Origin: a virus
Direction: 5' to 3' (one strand)
DNA length: 64,000 nucleotides
IMG/VR virus record: IMGVR_UViG_3300042888_002665
Shown: positions 19,101-28,738 of the stretch, one piece after another
Layout of the letters: each line of letters opens with the position of its first letter
How positions within the stretch are numbered: the first letter of the stretch is position 1
Translations under genes and position numbers: made by a program
The notes under the pieces: model-generated
Told to the model about the DNA's origin: nothing
The model's database searches: none
Seen by the model: the letters and a program-made list of their open reading frames with translations, nothing else

Positions 19101-20813
19101 TACTGAAAACATTGAAGGGTCGGCATCATTGAAAATTACACTTCCACTATTTGTTCCTTCTATATAATTAGTAAAATCTTCTCCTCCCTTACTATTATAT
19201 AAGGCAACACCCAATGAACGCAAAGTATCATATACAATATCTTTAGAAATACCTTTTTCTAAATTGTTATCAGCATTGTATAATTCATTAATTGATGTAA
19301 TATAAATCCACACATTGTCAAAATAATGACCAATCATATCTACAAAATCATAATATGATTGATAATTATCAGGATCATTTTTTATATAGTTAGGAATTAT
19401 ATTATATAACCAATCTAAATTTTCTTCATCATAATTAGCAGCGGATGAGGTATATGAATTATACCATGTTGATGTAGAAGGTGAAGATAAAATAGCATAT
19501 CCACTAGAAGTAGTATTAAATCTTAATGATAATGTATTAAGTCCTACAGTAGAAGATTGAGTTGTTAATAATTGTCCTGACCCTGAATATATCGATATTA
19601 CTTGAGGTAATTCATTTAAACTATGGGTAAAATTCCAAACTGGAGATTTAATCGGTTGGTAAAATAGTTTATTTATAAATCTATTAGTGTATGGTTTTAA
19701 ATTAGTTGATTTTGGCCATGCTTTAGAACCAGATTCAAAATATAAATAATGTTCAAACCCATCAAATTTAGATATGATATCATCTATTTTTAATTTTAAA
19801 GATGAAGTTTCTTGATTAGATAAAAAAGAAGAACTATTAGAGGATAATATATTATTTATATTGCTATTATATGATTCTATTAATCCTAATTTATAATTAA
19901 AAACATCTAATCTTTTTTTAGCTGAACTAAAATGGATAAAGTTTTCAAATGATGTATAATCAATATTTAAATCATATGAATTATCATTTATGTAATTTAA
20001 TGCATTGTAATATGATGATCCAGTTAATGAAGATATAAGAGAAGAATAGTTTTCATATCCCGTTGGTAATATATTTTTTACATCAACTTCAATATCAAAA
20101 TTAGGACGTCTTAATTTTGGGATAGGAGGTAAAACTATTAGTGTATCTAAATCAATATTAAATACATAGGGCTCAGTAATTTCTTCAACTACCCATAATG
20201 ATGTTTTAACTTCAATAGAAGGATCTAAAGGCTCATATAATTTAAATAATACTGTTGAATTAGTATTATCGATTGCTATATTTACTGCTACTTGTTGTAA
20301 ATTATTATTAAAATTTAATAAATATAATTTCTCATATGTAGAAGAATCAGAATCATTTATTAATATTTGAGATTGAGCAATTAAATCTTCAGCAGAAATA
20401 ACTACAGAATTAACCCTAATTTCGGTCCTATCTTCTGATATTTCGTCAATAAATAAATCAGCATTAAAATCTGATATTTTTCTTTTGAAGAAATTGTATT
20501 GGGTTTTAAAAGTACCTGTAGTATATCCTAAATTAGTTAAATCGTTAATAGGGTCTATTTCAATTATAGGAAGTGTCTGATTAGAATTAGTTCCAATATA
20601 TGAATCTGAAGGTAATTTGAAGTTACGGTAATTATAATCTATATATGATATGAAGTTAGACTCATCATATGCAAAAAATTCAATATAGTCATCTTGAAAA
20701 CCAAATGACTGCTTTAGATTATTAGAAGCTAATAAATTAAGATCTTCAACCTTAAATCTAGATATTCGTTCAATATCTCCAATATTACCTATAATTTTAA
20801 TATTATCAGCCAT
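16170..20813 (-). CDS. large virion structural protein (baseplate wedge/tail-associated), 1547 aa
   Basis: Size, Ser/Thr/Asn-rich; DMIGHYFDNVWIYI and LLLKNKGT..GL..LI..FG motifs; adjacent to gp6-like gene. Confidence 0.65.
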   Translation of the reverse strand: MADNIKIIGNIGDIERISRFKVEDLNLLASNNLKQSFGFQDDYIEFFAYDESNFISYIDYNYRNFKLPSDSYIGTNSNQTLPIIEIDPINDLTNLGYTTGTFKTQYNFFKRKISDFNADLFIDEISEDRTEIRVNSVVISAEDLIAQSQILINDSDSSTYEKLYLLNFNNNLQQVAVNIAIDNTNSTVLFKLYEPLDPSIEVKTSLWVVEEITEPYVFNIDLDTLIVLPPIPKLRRPNFDIEVDVKNILPTGYENYSSLISSLTGSSYYNALNYINDNSYDLNIDYTSFENFIHFSSAKKRLDVFNYKLGLIESYNSNINNILSSNSSSFLSNQETSSLKLKIDDIISKFDGFEHYLYFESGSKAWPKSTNLKPYTNRFINKLFYQPIKSPVWNFTHSLNELPQVISIYSGSGQLLTTQSSTVGLNTLSLRFNTTSSGYAILSSPSTSTWYNSYTSSAANYDEENLDWLYNIIPNYIKNDPDNYQSYYDFVDMIGHYFDNVWIYITSINELYNADNNLEKGISKDIVYDTLRSLGVALYNSKGGEDFTNYIEGTNSGSVIFNDADPSMFSVTSSFLNNIPRKDLVSELYKRIYHNLPLLLKNKGTTVGLQNLITTFGITGSVFSPKEFGGTTKSGLLKGYDNDKITIQNNTITGSILSPFVSVQQSPTSSNNFASTDLHFVDLSFSPQNELNKRISSSIAITNPTFSLDDYIGDPRLAESSSYNLLDTQKNRFISSSAAISGSAKRLDYKGFFELVKYFDNSLFKMLKDFTPTRTNTLTGITIQSPVLERNKIKSFKPKLNNQNILDASYNSPVISEDNSYYYNKIEGNKSSFYTGQISGSYLNINNYYENSNPNPYLFNVGNVDLHQFQNTDFNVVLNNVSSNLKSKSRFKIENIYSTSQVLDSGTRISSSVELQDSYATLMGHKRSRYEGTKLTSLKYNTYSSQSSVWAGDNSFGKTAAIDNYSNQIGIFTQIKDNDFLISPQKNNVAIKYLVDINGNLTELNERNKYWVDIQNMFKTGTKGIVSLFDSQKFANQKVVNGSKLIYSSGYDYSPMLYNSTNDKLYFKYTPDTSFNVKQFKVTTKGGLIKGGTPIVYPIVNNNVYSLFGKSIDIPDTTSNGNFNYSDNGLTPTSFSSYTVDTDGPHQFSSAFTIGLTIPNIGDKVSYQYNIKKNGSLLNSQQLDYTSRKVTYSYVGPLQDNYLTKDGVYILPETVTIIDGTTGVSTGRSLSSGTTFYRVTMYSSITTSIVNNIEVYSGTNPVVYFMTDTDYNQILTASPVGTISGKTVYDVNNDFQSYTQYREISTDTTLANKLNFNLTTEFQNFKKNDVISFELVESNQNPINYTASVAVGGILTNQQNVSMIGTYPNITNSTSPFIYGSNSSNTIILNSELSSVVGYQFVPNVAKNESSLYYTYRSITYDFNPSSGDVLVLHYTTNNQPKVFESIIIYSYKDSFSRLNLILSSTLPSNLAIPNYFNSTIDKFLILKRVKDENNIVLTFDKDPGETSLGFIIPENVNPAILENIDVITKEVKQKLIDMGTFDGGSF

Positions 20814-21151
20814 TATCTTTTATTTAATTCAGCTAAAGTTTTATTAGAAGCTAATAAATCATTTCTTAATACAGTTATTTCATTTAATAATGCTTGAATA
20901 TCAGTTTCATCAGCTAATTTAATTCCTAAATATTCAGCAGCTCTATTCAGCATATATCTATGAGAATCTATATCTCCTTCTTTTGGAATTTGAATGAATA
21001 AATTTTCATAGAGTTGAAAGAAATCTTCAAGAGTAAATGATATAGCTTCTTGATTATCTAAATTATTAATTAATTGGCTAAAATTTCTATTAACTAATTT
21101 ATTAAAATCACCTTTATTAAAAACAGATTTATCAAATGATATTTGAGCCAT
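20813..21151 (-). CDS. hypothetical tail-module protein, C-terminal coiled coil
   Basis: ORF track; coupled stop/start junctions. Confidence 0.65.
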   Translation of the reverse strand: MAQISFDKSVFNKGDFNKLVNRNFSQLINNLDNQEAISFTLEDFFQLYENLFIQIPKEGDIDSHRYMLNRAAEYLGIKLADETDIQALLNEITVLRNDLLASNKTLAELNKR

Positions 21152-22224
21152 TATCTTATAACTTTAAAATAATTATTATCTTCAAACACTACGGTACTTC
21201 CACTAATTATAGATTTAATAACAATGGCATAATATCTTTCAGGTTGTAAACCATTCATATATAAATCAAAATAATTACCAGTTGTATTAGCAGATAATTT
21301 AGTATAAGTAGTATCAAAATCTATCACAAATTCTTCAGTTTTAATATCTTTAATAGCATAATATGAAGATGTTGGGAGGATTTTATTATTTAAATATACT
21401 GAAGATGTTTGGAATGTTCTTGTTGGAAATCTATCTCTAACATTTATTTTGAAACGATTTACTGAATCTTCTTGGAATTCGCCTTTATTATTAGATAAAG
21501 ATATTGATATATTATCAGATTGAACTACAGATAATGAACCCGTATTATACACAAAATCATTCCATCTAAATTCTAAACATGGAGGATAGATAGTATGGGT
21601 ATCAGCTGAAAAATATTTAGTCTCAAAAAATGAACTTGTTGAAAATTCTAATGATTTAGAATGTTTAATTATAAATCCATTTTGATAAAAACTGGAACTT
21701 ATAGCATTAGTTATATCCAATTCAATATCTTTATTAGTAGCGTATGTAAATGATTGAGTAGCTACTAAATTACTCCCAGTAAACCAAACTCCTCCACCAA
21801 CATTATTAGAATATGAAGATGTAACCCCATTAACAGCAGCATTAAATACACTACCACTCATCACATCCCGATAAAACCAACTTACACCATTAGTTGTAGC
21901 AGGAACATTTGCTGCTCTACCAGTACCCATATTCCAAGAACCTGAAATAGGGTGACAAAATAATGTATAGTCTAATGGAATTTCAGAAGCATTAGCCAAA
22001 TATAATTTTAAGTATGCTTTATAATTAGATGATAATATTTTATTATTTAATACATCAGAAATCTGTGAATTAGGGAATGATAGTAAAGCTCTTGATACCT
22101 CAGCTGTGCTTAATATAGAATAATATAAACTAATATCTAATATTTCATCTAATCCAGCATTTTTTGTTGGAAAATAAGAATATATTGATGCGTCTTTTTC
22201 GGGAAATATTTTATATACAGCCAT
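21151..22224 (-). CDS. virion protein (DNRLRE/CBM96-like N-terminal beta domain)
   Basis: DASIYS..NAG.DEIL..SRALLSF..LKLY pattern. Confidence 0.45.
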   Translation of the reverse strand: MAVYKIFPEKDASIYSYFPTKNAGLDEILDISLYYSILSTAEVSRALLSFPNSQISDVLNNKILSSNYKAYLKLYLANASEIPLDYTLFCHPISGSWNMGTGRAANVPATTNGVSWFYRDVMSGSVFNAAVNGVTSSYSNNVGGGVWFTGSNLVATQSFTYATNKDIELDITNAISSSFYQNGFIIKHSKSLEFSTSSFFETKYFSADTHTIYPPCLEFRWNDFVYNTGSLSVVQSDNISISLSNNKGEFQEDSVNRFKINVRDRFPTRTFQTSSVYLNNKILPTSSYYAIKDIKTEEFVIDFDTTYTKLSANTTGNYFDLYMNGLQPERYYAIVIKSIISGSTVVFEDNNYFKVIR

Positions 22225-22226
22225 TT

Positions 22227-24047
22227 TTAATATGCGATTACTCTACCATTTATATCAATATCAGGAAATCTTACTTCAAATATACTAGGATCTATAGATG
22301 GATATACAATTCCATTTCTAGTAGCACTATATATATCATATCCATATGGAGAATAATTTCCACCTTGCTTATTTACTATTTCAATTTTGCCTATAGATTG
22401 TACGCCAGGTACTTTTAATAAAAGCGAATTAATCTCCGATATTATAATAGGTTGATTAATCTGCCATGAGTCTATTGAAAAGTATGTTTTTAATGAAGAT
22501 ATGCAAGAAGATAATAATTCTTTACTATTATAACTTAAATCCCCAAATATTTCAAAATTTAATCCTATATTAATATAAAATGCGTCCTTAATGTTTATAG
22601 CATCAGTAATCATTCTATATTCATTAATATATGTTTTTAAATTTGATTTCAATGTTGAATTAGCATTAACTAATTGTTTAGATGAATTATACCCCAAAAC
22701 ATATAAATCTAAACTTAATGGATTATCTTTAATTAAATTTCCAATATTATTATAAGTTTCTTGAGTAATATATGCTTTAGATATACTTCCATATTGAGAC
22801 GGTAAACTTAAAGTACGAACAATATAGTCTTCTTTAGTTACTGCTCTATTTTGAGATGAAAATGAATTTAAAGCATTTAATCTTATTTCTTCTATAGTAT
22901 CACCACCTCTACCTCCAGTAGCAGGTATAGGATTATTACATACAATACTATCTAATACTGTATTTTGTAAATTAATATCTGATGGAGTAAATTTAAAGTC
23001 AATATTAGTTGTATCAATAGATGTTAATACATTAGCTTCTACATTAGAAGATAACCCACCTCCAGATAAATATTTAACTGTTAGTGTTGTATTTTGAGGA
23101 ACTAATCCATAACTTTTAGTAAAAAATATAGAAGCTTTATTATAATCATCGATTTTATCAGATACACTTGATACCAATCCTAAATTTATATTATCTGGGG
23201 TTGGTAATATTGATACATCTGAAGAACCACTAGATATTCCAGCACCAAATTGTAATTCTAGTTTATTATCAGGTTTTAAACGAGTAACAAATCTTCTAGG
23301 TACTTTATTTAATGATAGTAAGTAATTAATTCCACCATCACTTCCAGAAGTAGGATTAATAGAAGAAGTAAACAATGTTTCTTGAGCTAAATATGGAACT
23401 TCATACCATCTATTTCCATCACTATCAGTAACATTTAATATTTGAATTATATTTTCATCTTCAATAGTAATAGAATTAAACTTTATAGAATCTGTAAAAT
23501 CTATATCAATTGTATTAATATTAGCTGATATAGCATTAGTAGATTTTTTAATTAAGTAGTAATTATTATCAACAAATGATATCTCAGCAGAACTAGTATC
23601 TGAAAAATCAATAGCTGTAGTAGTTAAAAATTGTTGATTAGTTGTATTACTAGTTATAATAGTACTTTCAGGTACTCTAAGAGAATAAGATAAATCAGGA
23701 AATGAATTGGATCCACTAATTATACTGGGAAGGAGTTGATATATGTCGACTATAGTATTAGAAGCATATGATGCTTTAGGACGGTAACCGAATGAGTAAG
23801 CTAAATTATATAAACTTTCTTTTTCCTTAGCTAATAGTAAAAAATTCTCTTGAATTTGAGAATCAATATAAAATGAGGATACATCACCAACATAAGATGC
23901 CATTTCAATAAACATATTCCCGGGGGACGCTTCTGAAAAGTCATTATATATTGTAGGAAAATAACTTTTTGCAAATTCTTGAAGTGATAGTTTAAAATCA
24001 CTAAAAGTTTTATTTACATATTTAATATTTTTATCCTCATTTATCAT
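22227..24047 (-). CDS. baseplate wedge subunit (T4 gp6/Baseplate-J-like)
   Basis: FSEASPGNMFIEMASYVGDV; GGRGGDTIEEIR..QNRAVTKEDY. Confidence 0.85.
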   Translation of the reverse strand: MINEDKNIKYVNKTFSDFKLSLQEFAKSYFPTIYNDFSEASPGNMFIEMASYVGDVSSFYIDSQIQENFLLLAKEKESLYNLAYSFGYRPKASYASNTIVDIYQLLPSIISGSNSFPDLSYSLRVPESTIITSNTTNQQFLTTTAIDFSDTSSAEISFVDNNYYLIKKSTNAISANINTIDIDFTDSIKFNSITIEDENIIQILNVTDSDGNRWYEVPYLAQETLFTSSINPTSGSDGGINYLLSLNKVPRRFVTRLKPDNKLELQFGAGISSGSSDVSILPTPDNINLGLVSSVSDKIDDYNKASIFFTKSYGLVPQNTTLTVKYLSGGGLSSNVEANVLTSIDTTNIDFKFTPSDINLQNTVLDSIVCNNPIPATGGRGGDTIEEIRLNALNSFSSQNRAVTKEDYIVRTLSLPSQYGSISKAYITQETYNNIGNLIKDNPLSLDLYVLGYNSSKQLVNANSTLKSNLKTYINEYRMITDAINIKDAFYINIGLNFEIFGDLSYNSKELLSSCISSLKTYFSIDSWQINQPIIISEINSLLLKVPGVQSIGKIEIVNKQGGNYSPYGYDIYSATRNGIVYPSIDPSIFEVRFPDIDINGRVIAY

Positions 24048-24454
24048 TGTAATTCGATTATAATATTATCCTGTTGTCCTGAAATATTTAATTTGTAATC
24101 TATTTTTATTAAAATTGAATTATTATCAGTATCAGGATTAATTTCTATATTAATAATAGTAATTTCAGGAATATAAATACCTACATTAGTTAATATTTGA
24201 TTTTCTATCTTATAAAAAGTATTATCACTTATAGGTTCAAATAATAATCTAGGTAAATCAGCTCCAAATTCAGGATTTTCAATTCTTTCTCCTTTATATG
24301 TTAATAAAAGATTAATTAAATTAGATTTAATTTGTTCTTTAGTTGAATAAGTTTTAGGAAATACTCCCCCAGCATTAAAAGGTAAAGCTATACCTATAGA
24401 TATATTCTTATCTAAATCTCTAGGATCTATTTTTATTACTTGAGGTATTGGCAT
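24044..24454 (-). CDS. baseplate gp25/GPW-like protein
   Basis: QIKSNLINLLLT.KGERI.NPEFG..L..LLFEP. Confidence 0.9.
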   Translation of the reverse strand: MPIPQVIKIDPRDLDKNISIGIALPFNAGGVFPKTYSTKEQIKSNLINLLLTYKGERIENPEFGADLPRLLFEPISDNTFYKIENQILTNVGIYIPEITIINIEINPDTDNNSILIKIDYKLNISGQQDNIIIELQ

Positions 24455-24456
24455 AT

Positions 24457-24765
24457 TTATTCGTTATATTGTCTCATTGCTGCTAAATCTTGAGGAGTCA
24501 TAGTAGATGCTGTTTCAGCTATAATATCTAAATATGGATTTCCGGTTGATGGAGATTGGGGTTTAGAATAAGATTGTTGATGAGGAGTTGTTAATCCTAT
24601 AGAAGCTGCTAAATTTTGTCTATATGCTACCATATCAACATCCTGAGTAGTGAAACTCATAGTTCTATTTTCTTGTATGGGAGTAGGTTTAACTTGTGAT
24701 AGTTCTTCTCTTAGAACTTCACGAACAGCTTCTTTGATAAGTTTTTTAAATACGTCTACTTTCAT
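24457..24765 (-). CDS. hypothetical protein (FKKLIKEAVREVLREEL leader)
   Basis: ORF track; ATATTTAT motif upstream at 24769-24778. Confidence 0.7.
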   Translation of the reverse strand: MKVDVFKKLIKEAVREVLREELSQVKPTPIQENRTMSFTTQDVDMVAYRQNLAASIGLTTPHQQSYSKPQSPSTGNPYLDIIAETASTMTPQDLAAMRQYNE

Positions 24766-24776
24766 GGTTATAAATA

Positions 24777-26132
24777 TTAAGCTACGAGACCCTTTTGGTC
24801 TATTAATAATTTTAATTCTTCAGCTAATACATCAGGTTCTAAAGTAAACGAGTACGAACTTTGTAATACTTCTTGATCTAATCTATTTTTAGCTATCATA
24901 TATCTACGTTTATTACCCTTTACTATAAATCTAGAATTAACTTCTTCACGTACAAAAAATCTAAATCCTTTATAATCGTATCCTTCTAAATAACCCAACC
25001 CATTACCTAATATTTCTTTACTACTATATTGATCTAATAAATCTTCTACAGGATCTAAAGAATTTTTCGCATTAAATCTATCTTCAGCACTATTATTACT
25101 ACTACTTAAAGAATCAGATGGATTACTTGTAGATGGATTAGGACCAGTATCTGATTCAGGTAGAAGAGATTCAGGATTATTAGTTAATAAATCATCTATA
25201 GGTAGTAATCTACTCTCTTGATAATCTAAATCTCTAAGTAATTCTGCTAAAATCTGAGATATAATTCCTAGTAAAACTACTAGTGCTAATTTAATATCTT
25301 CTAATTTTTTATCTTTATTAGCCGCTAACGTAGTAATACCTACAGTAGCAAAAGTAGTAGGAATTGGATTTATTTTAAATAATGCTAAGATTACATCAAG
25401 TATAGGAAGTAGTAATTGAACCACATCCACAATCTGTTTAATTTTTTTTAATCGTTCTCTATTTTGTCCTATAATTGTTTTAGCATTACTTACTAATAAT
25501 CTTGCTTTTGTGATATCACCTTCATTTTGGATGTTACGAATAAAATCATTAACTCTATCTACTAAATTTTCAATTTTTTTATTACTTATAGTAGTATTAG
25601 CTATAATAAAATTAGATACCGCACCTAATGCTAAAATTATAGAAGTTGGATTAACTTTTGGTTTATTGCCAAATTTTACAAAATTTTTAGCAGCTTCCGA
25701 TTTATCTAAAAGAAGTCGTTTTTTAGTTAAATAGTTTGTTTTTAATTGATTTAAATATGCTTTAGGTTGGTTTTGTAATTCTAAACGTTTAATATTTAAA
25801 TTATCACCTAAAATTTTTAATTCGTCAGTACGAGAATTTTCTATTAGTTGGATTTTAATTCCTTTTTCAAATTCAGTTAAAGATTTATCTTTATTAACTT
25901 TAGATGCGGCTTTTCTTGCTCGTACTTCAACATCTAATATTTTATTACCTAAATCTTTTGATTCAGATATTAGTTTTGCTATTGCTGCTGTTTTTGCTAA
26001 TTCAAAGCTTTCCTTTAACGGACCGTTTTTTAAATCTAAATAACGTTTAGCATTACTAACTAAATTTTCTTTAGTTCCATTAGCTAATCCTTTAACATCT
26101 TCTTTTTTAGGAATTAATTTATCAAGTATCAT
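24777..26132 (-). CDS. hypothetical helical protein with hydrophobic segments
   Basis: ORF track; located in baseplate module. Confidence 0.65.
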   Translation of the reverse strand: MILDKLIPKKEDVKGLANGTKENLVSNAKRYLDLKNGPLKESFELAKTAAIAKLISESKDLGNKILDVEVRARKAASKVNKDKSLTEFEKGIKIQLIENSRTDELKILGDNLNIKRLELQNQPKAYLNQLKTNYLTKKRLLLDKSEAAKNFVKFGNKPKVNPTSIILALGAVSNFIIANTTISNKKIENLVDRVNDFIRNIQNEGDITKARLLVSNAKTIIGQNRERLKKIKQIVDVVQLLLPILDVILALFKINPIPTTFATVGITTLAANKDKKLEDIKLALVVLLGIISQILAELLRDLDYQESRLLPIDDLLTNNPESLLPESDTGPNPSTSNPSDSLSSSNNSAEDRFNAKNSLDPVEDLLDQYSSKEILGNGLGYLEGYDYKGFRFFVREEVNSRFIVKGNKRRYMIAKNRLDQEVLQSSYSFTLEPDVLAEELKLLIDQKGLVA

Positions 26133-27313
26133 ATAGTGTATGATTTAGAAGATAATAAAGTTTGTAAATCCTGTGTTTCTGCTGTTATATAATTTAACGA
26201 TGTTATTAATGATAATCCAGCTTTATTAACAGATATTAATGGAGTTCCTGGAGGGGTTGAAACTACTGATGATAATGCAGTTGATAGATTTTTTAATTCT
26301 TTAATTATATGTGATAATAATTTTACAGTTTCATTACCTTTTAATAAAGGTTCAACTGCTATATTACCTAGTGGGTCTAATCCTAGAATAATTTTAGGAG
26401 CTTCTAATAATATATCTTTTGAAGAGTTTAAATAAATAGTATTAGATGAAGATAAACCAATTCCATTAGCATATAATAATATTTCATCATTTTTTGCATT
26501 TAATACTACTCTATCCCCAGATAATATAACTTGGGAATTAATATATAATTCAGGGGATATAGGATTAAATAACTTATTTGACTTTAAGGTTCTAATCCTT
26601 AAGGGAATTTTTTGAGTTGATGTAAGATATATAGATGATTTATCTATATTAGGATCTTCTACATACGGTTTAAGAGAATCAGGTTGAAAATCATGACCAT
26701 TTGTAATTAATGTTATAGGATCACCATTACCCCCAGTAATACTCCAAAAATTCTCATTTGTATTATATTTTGTTGTACTTGAAAAACGTAAAGAATTTCC
26801 ATTTCTACCTTCAAATATAGTATCTCCTTCAAAAGGAAGTAGTGGATTTATATTTGAATTTTCAGTAAATGTACCCCCCAATTTAATATCATTAGTTAAA
26901 TTATTAGCTGGTTGGGAATTATGGTGATTATTATTCCATAGATTAATTACACTGATATAATATTTTTCATTTTTATATTGATTATCTTGGGTATCAGGAG
27001 ATGGAAGGTCAAATAATAATACTAATTCTTCTCGTAAAGGAATATGTTTTTGATTTGGGAAAAAATTTTTAGCTACTTTACAATCTATGAGCCTAACATT
27101 TGATGTATTTTTATTAGTTGGATAATCTAGATAAAATATAGTACCAACTCCTCCCCACTCTCCATATTTTTGAAATACTTCCTTACCAGGAGTATTTTCA
27201 TCCATAATTACAGCAAAGACTTTACCAACTGAATATAAAGAATTATTAGAAATTGAAGTACCTCCTAGTTGATTACTTAAACTACCTCCAATACTAGCTC
27301 TTGCTGTCCTCAT
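26129..27313 (-). CDS. baseplate hub/spike protein (gp5-like)
   Basis: FEGDTIFEGRNGNSLRFSST; beta-repeat C-terminus; upstream of gp25 and gp6 as in T4-like modules. Confidence 0.55.
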   Translation of the reverse strand: MRTARASIGGSLSNQLGGTSISNNSLYSVGKVFAVIMDENTPGKEVFQKYGEWGGVGTIFYLDYPTNKNTSNVRLIDCKVAKNFFPNQKHIPLREELVLLFDLPSPDTQDNQYKNEKYYISVINLWNNNHHNSQPANNLTNDIKLGGTFTENSNINPLLPFEGDTIFEGRNGNSLRFSSTTKYNTNENFWSITGGNGDPITLITNGHDFQPDSLKPYVEDPNIDKSSIYLTSTQKIPLRIRTLKSNKLFNPISPELYINSQVILSGDRVVLNAKNDEILLYANGIGLSSSNTIYLNSSKDILLEAPKIILGLDPLGNIAVEPLLKGNETVKLLSHIIKELKNLSTALSSVVSTPPGTPLISVNKAGLSLITSLNYITAETQDLQTLLSSKSYTI

Positions 27314-27668
27314 TTATTTTATTTTCTATTGGTTTATTTATACTATCACCAATTTTTTGGACTTCACCTCTAATTTGGTCTAGTTCAGCTTCACTTAAAA
27401 AATCATCAGAACCACCACCACTATTATTCATAGCACGTTGTACAATTCCAGCCATCTTAATTAATGAATCATCATTTTTAACAGATACATCAAGATACTC
27501 TTTAATCAACGGAACAACCATTAGAGCCGATTGAGTATCAGTTACTAATGGTTTAAGACTTGTAATTAAATCTTTTATTTGTTTTTCCTTTTCTCGAGAA
27601 TTATCGTATATATTCTTTAAAAGATCAGAAAATGATTTCTGACCGAATATTTTTTGTTCAAAATCCAT
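27294..27668 (-). CDS. hypothetical protein
   Basis: ORF track; ATATTTAT motif upstream. Confidence 0.65.
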   Translation of the reverse strand: MDFEQKIFGQKSFSDLLKNIYDNSREKEKQIKDLITSLKPLVTDTQSALMVVPLIKEYLDVSVKNDDSLIKMAGIVQRAMNNSGGGSDDFLSEAELDQIRGEVQKIGDSINKPIENKINEDSKS

Positions 27669-27696
27669 AATATTTATTTATTATAAATATATTTTT

Positions 27697-28452
27697 TTAG
27701 ATTTTTACAAACCCTGTTTCGTAGTATTCGTTATATAAGTTATAATATACTTTCTTTAATACTTTTATTACTTTAGTTATTTGAAAAGTATCAACATCAA
27801 TCATCTCACGAATATAAATGTAAATAGCCTTTTTATTAAATATTTCTAAATTCTCACGTTTGCGAAATAGTTCTAAAATTACATCTGCTGTTTTTTGATC
27901 TTGGATTCTTGGGAAATATTTTTCAAGATAAGTATCCATATAGCGAACAAAATAGGAAATAAAATCATTCAAATCAGCATCATTATTAGACTCACGAACT
28001 AAATCTTCAACAATAACTTTATCTTCATCTACTTCTTCTAAAGTACCTTTACCTTTTATTTTTTTATAATTTTTTTCATTATAAATAATCAAATAACGTT
28101 TAGCAATAGTTCCGAAATAAGAATATGCTTTACCTTTAGATTGATCATATAAATGAAGTTTTTCTAAAAGAAAAGCTACTACCTCATGTTTTAACTCATT
28201 AATAGTATCAACATCAGTATAATAAAACTTAAATGTATGAATGATATTTTCTGCTAATTTATGAAAAGCATAATCAATGCGTTGATCAAATATATGATTA
28301 CGATTATCTTGATCTTTAGAGGCTAAATATTCTATAATTGCTTCTTCAGTATCTGAAGTAAAATATAGAATTGATTTTTTAGGTTTACGTTTACGTATTG
28401 TTCCTTTTTTAGTTAAAAGTACCTCTTCTTCTGGAGGGGATATTAAATCCAT
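27697..28452 (-). CDS. phage RNA polymerase sigma factor (sigma70 region 2-like)
   Basis: LKHEVVAFLLEKLHLYDQSKGKAYSYFGTIAKRYL matches region 2; helical C-terminus. Confidence 0.75.
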   Translation of the reverse strand: MDLISPPEEEVLLTKKGTIRKRKPKKSILYFTSDTEEAIIEYLASKDQDNRNHIFDQRIDYAFHKLAENIIHTFKFYYTDVDTINELKHEVVAFLLEKLHLYDQSKGKAYSYFGTIAKRYLIIYNEKNYKKIKGKGTLEEVDEDKVIVEDLVRESNNDADLNDFISYFVRYMDTYLEKYFPRIQDQKTADVILELFRKRENLEIFNKKAIYIYIREMIDVDTFQITKVIKVLKKVYYNLYNEYYETGFVKI

Positions 28453-28453
28453 A

Positions 28454-28738
28454 TTAATTGTTTCGAGTTTTGAAAGAATTCAATTGTGTTTGAATTTCTT
28501 GTAATGTCTCAAAGAAAAAACCAATATCATCATCTGCTTTAAATGCTTGTGCAACTTCAGACTCCCCTATTTTTTTATTTGATAATTCTATAAGTTCAGA
28601 AATATTAGTAATATATTGATTTTGTTGATCAACAATTTTTTCTAATTGTTCTGTTTTTAAAAATAAATTATAGCACGCATATGATACGGCTATAATTAAT
28701 GTAATTAAAGTATATAATATAATTTCCATATCAATCAA
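28454..28738 (-). CDS. small membrane protein
   Basis: N-terminal TM then coiled coil. Confidence 0.65.
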   Translation of the reverse strand: MIDMEIILYTLITLIIAVSYACYNLFLKTEQLEKIVDQQNQYITNISELIELSNKKIGESEVAQAFKADDDIGFFFETLQEIQTQLNSFKTRNN

